Source: Toensbergia leucococca
Taxonomy: Eukaryota
DNA length: 20,000 nt
Reading direction: 5' to 3'
Assembly (NCBI GenBank): GCA_022813965.1
Contig: JALDZS010000133.1
Location: forward strand, 51,512-71,511
Of this stretch, positions 19,346 to 20,000 are shown piece by piece. Numbering within the stretch: position 1 is the stretch's first letter; every line of letters begins with the position of its first letter. A program made the position numbers and the translations under genes. Below the pieces are notes generated by a model. It did no database searches, was not told the DNA's origin, and saw only the letters and a list, made by a program, of their open reading frames with translations.

Positions 19346-20000
19346 AGCGGAAAGCTCACGTTCGAAGTCCCCATATTTATCTCCCTTATAGAAGACCTCT
19401 TGTGCAGCTCTTTCTTCCTCTTCCGTTCTCCATTCCCTCTCTGGTCATCAGACACCTACGGCTACACCTGTGGGGATATGATTTGAGACCTCGATGGTAT
19501 TCTGTTGGTTCCGTGATTCATTACGCGATTATTTTGTTGACCCTGTGAGGGCGATTTCAAGACCGAATTTCTTTATGCAGTGAAACTCACCTGCCAAGAA
19601 CAAGTTCCATTTATTTTACTCATATACTATTGAGGGAACTGAAGGGTTTGTTTTGAACTGATGCCACACATCATTGAACAGTCATGAAAAATATTTTGGA
19701 AAGTTCATTTTCAAAAGGGGGTTTCGAAAGAAGATCTAATGTCACTACGACACATGGGACTATTGACAGCACAGAAAGATTATATGCGTTTTCTAGCCTT
19801 TATTTCTTTAATTACAAGAGTATGTGTATTGCAGCTACGATGTCAGATAAAGCCACTGGTGGACTATAAAATCCGTGACTAACAATTCCCCACGGATGGA
19901 GGACTATTTTAAAGAGTAGAAAACCCTGAATTGAAGGATCTAAATTCTCGGATTGCTAAGGCTGTTGAAGTACCAGCCGCCCTATTGTCTCAATGAGGTG

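Overview
Gene-dense eukaryotic DNA from a filamentous ascomycete (Pezizomycotina-like: short GT-AG introns with CTRAY branch points). Eight protein-coding genes were rebuilt by hand across introns: cytidine deaminase (-, 6 exons, one GC-AG intron), mitochondrial ornithine carrier ORT1/AmcA (-), rRNA-processing protein CGR1 (+), an uncharacterised coiled-coil single-TM protein ending in FDEL (+), ELMO/CED-12 (-), PP1 regulatory subunit REG1-like (+), a DUF924 protein (-) and translation reinitiation factor TMA22/DENR (+). A U1 spliceosomal snRNA gene, invisible to the ORF track, lies at 6227-6367 (-). The best leads are the wobble-rich U1 copy, an SreA-type ATCAGATAA iron box in the shared ORT1/CGR1 promoter, clustered CreA/Mig1 sites plus a single uORF upstream of REG1, the Sec20-like architecture of the unknown protein, and atypical splice signals in CDD1 and TMA22. 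I found no mobile element, CRISPR array, tRNA or secondary-metabolite cluster, and no clearly novel multi-gene system. All calls come from reading the sequence; no database search was run.
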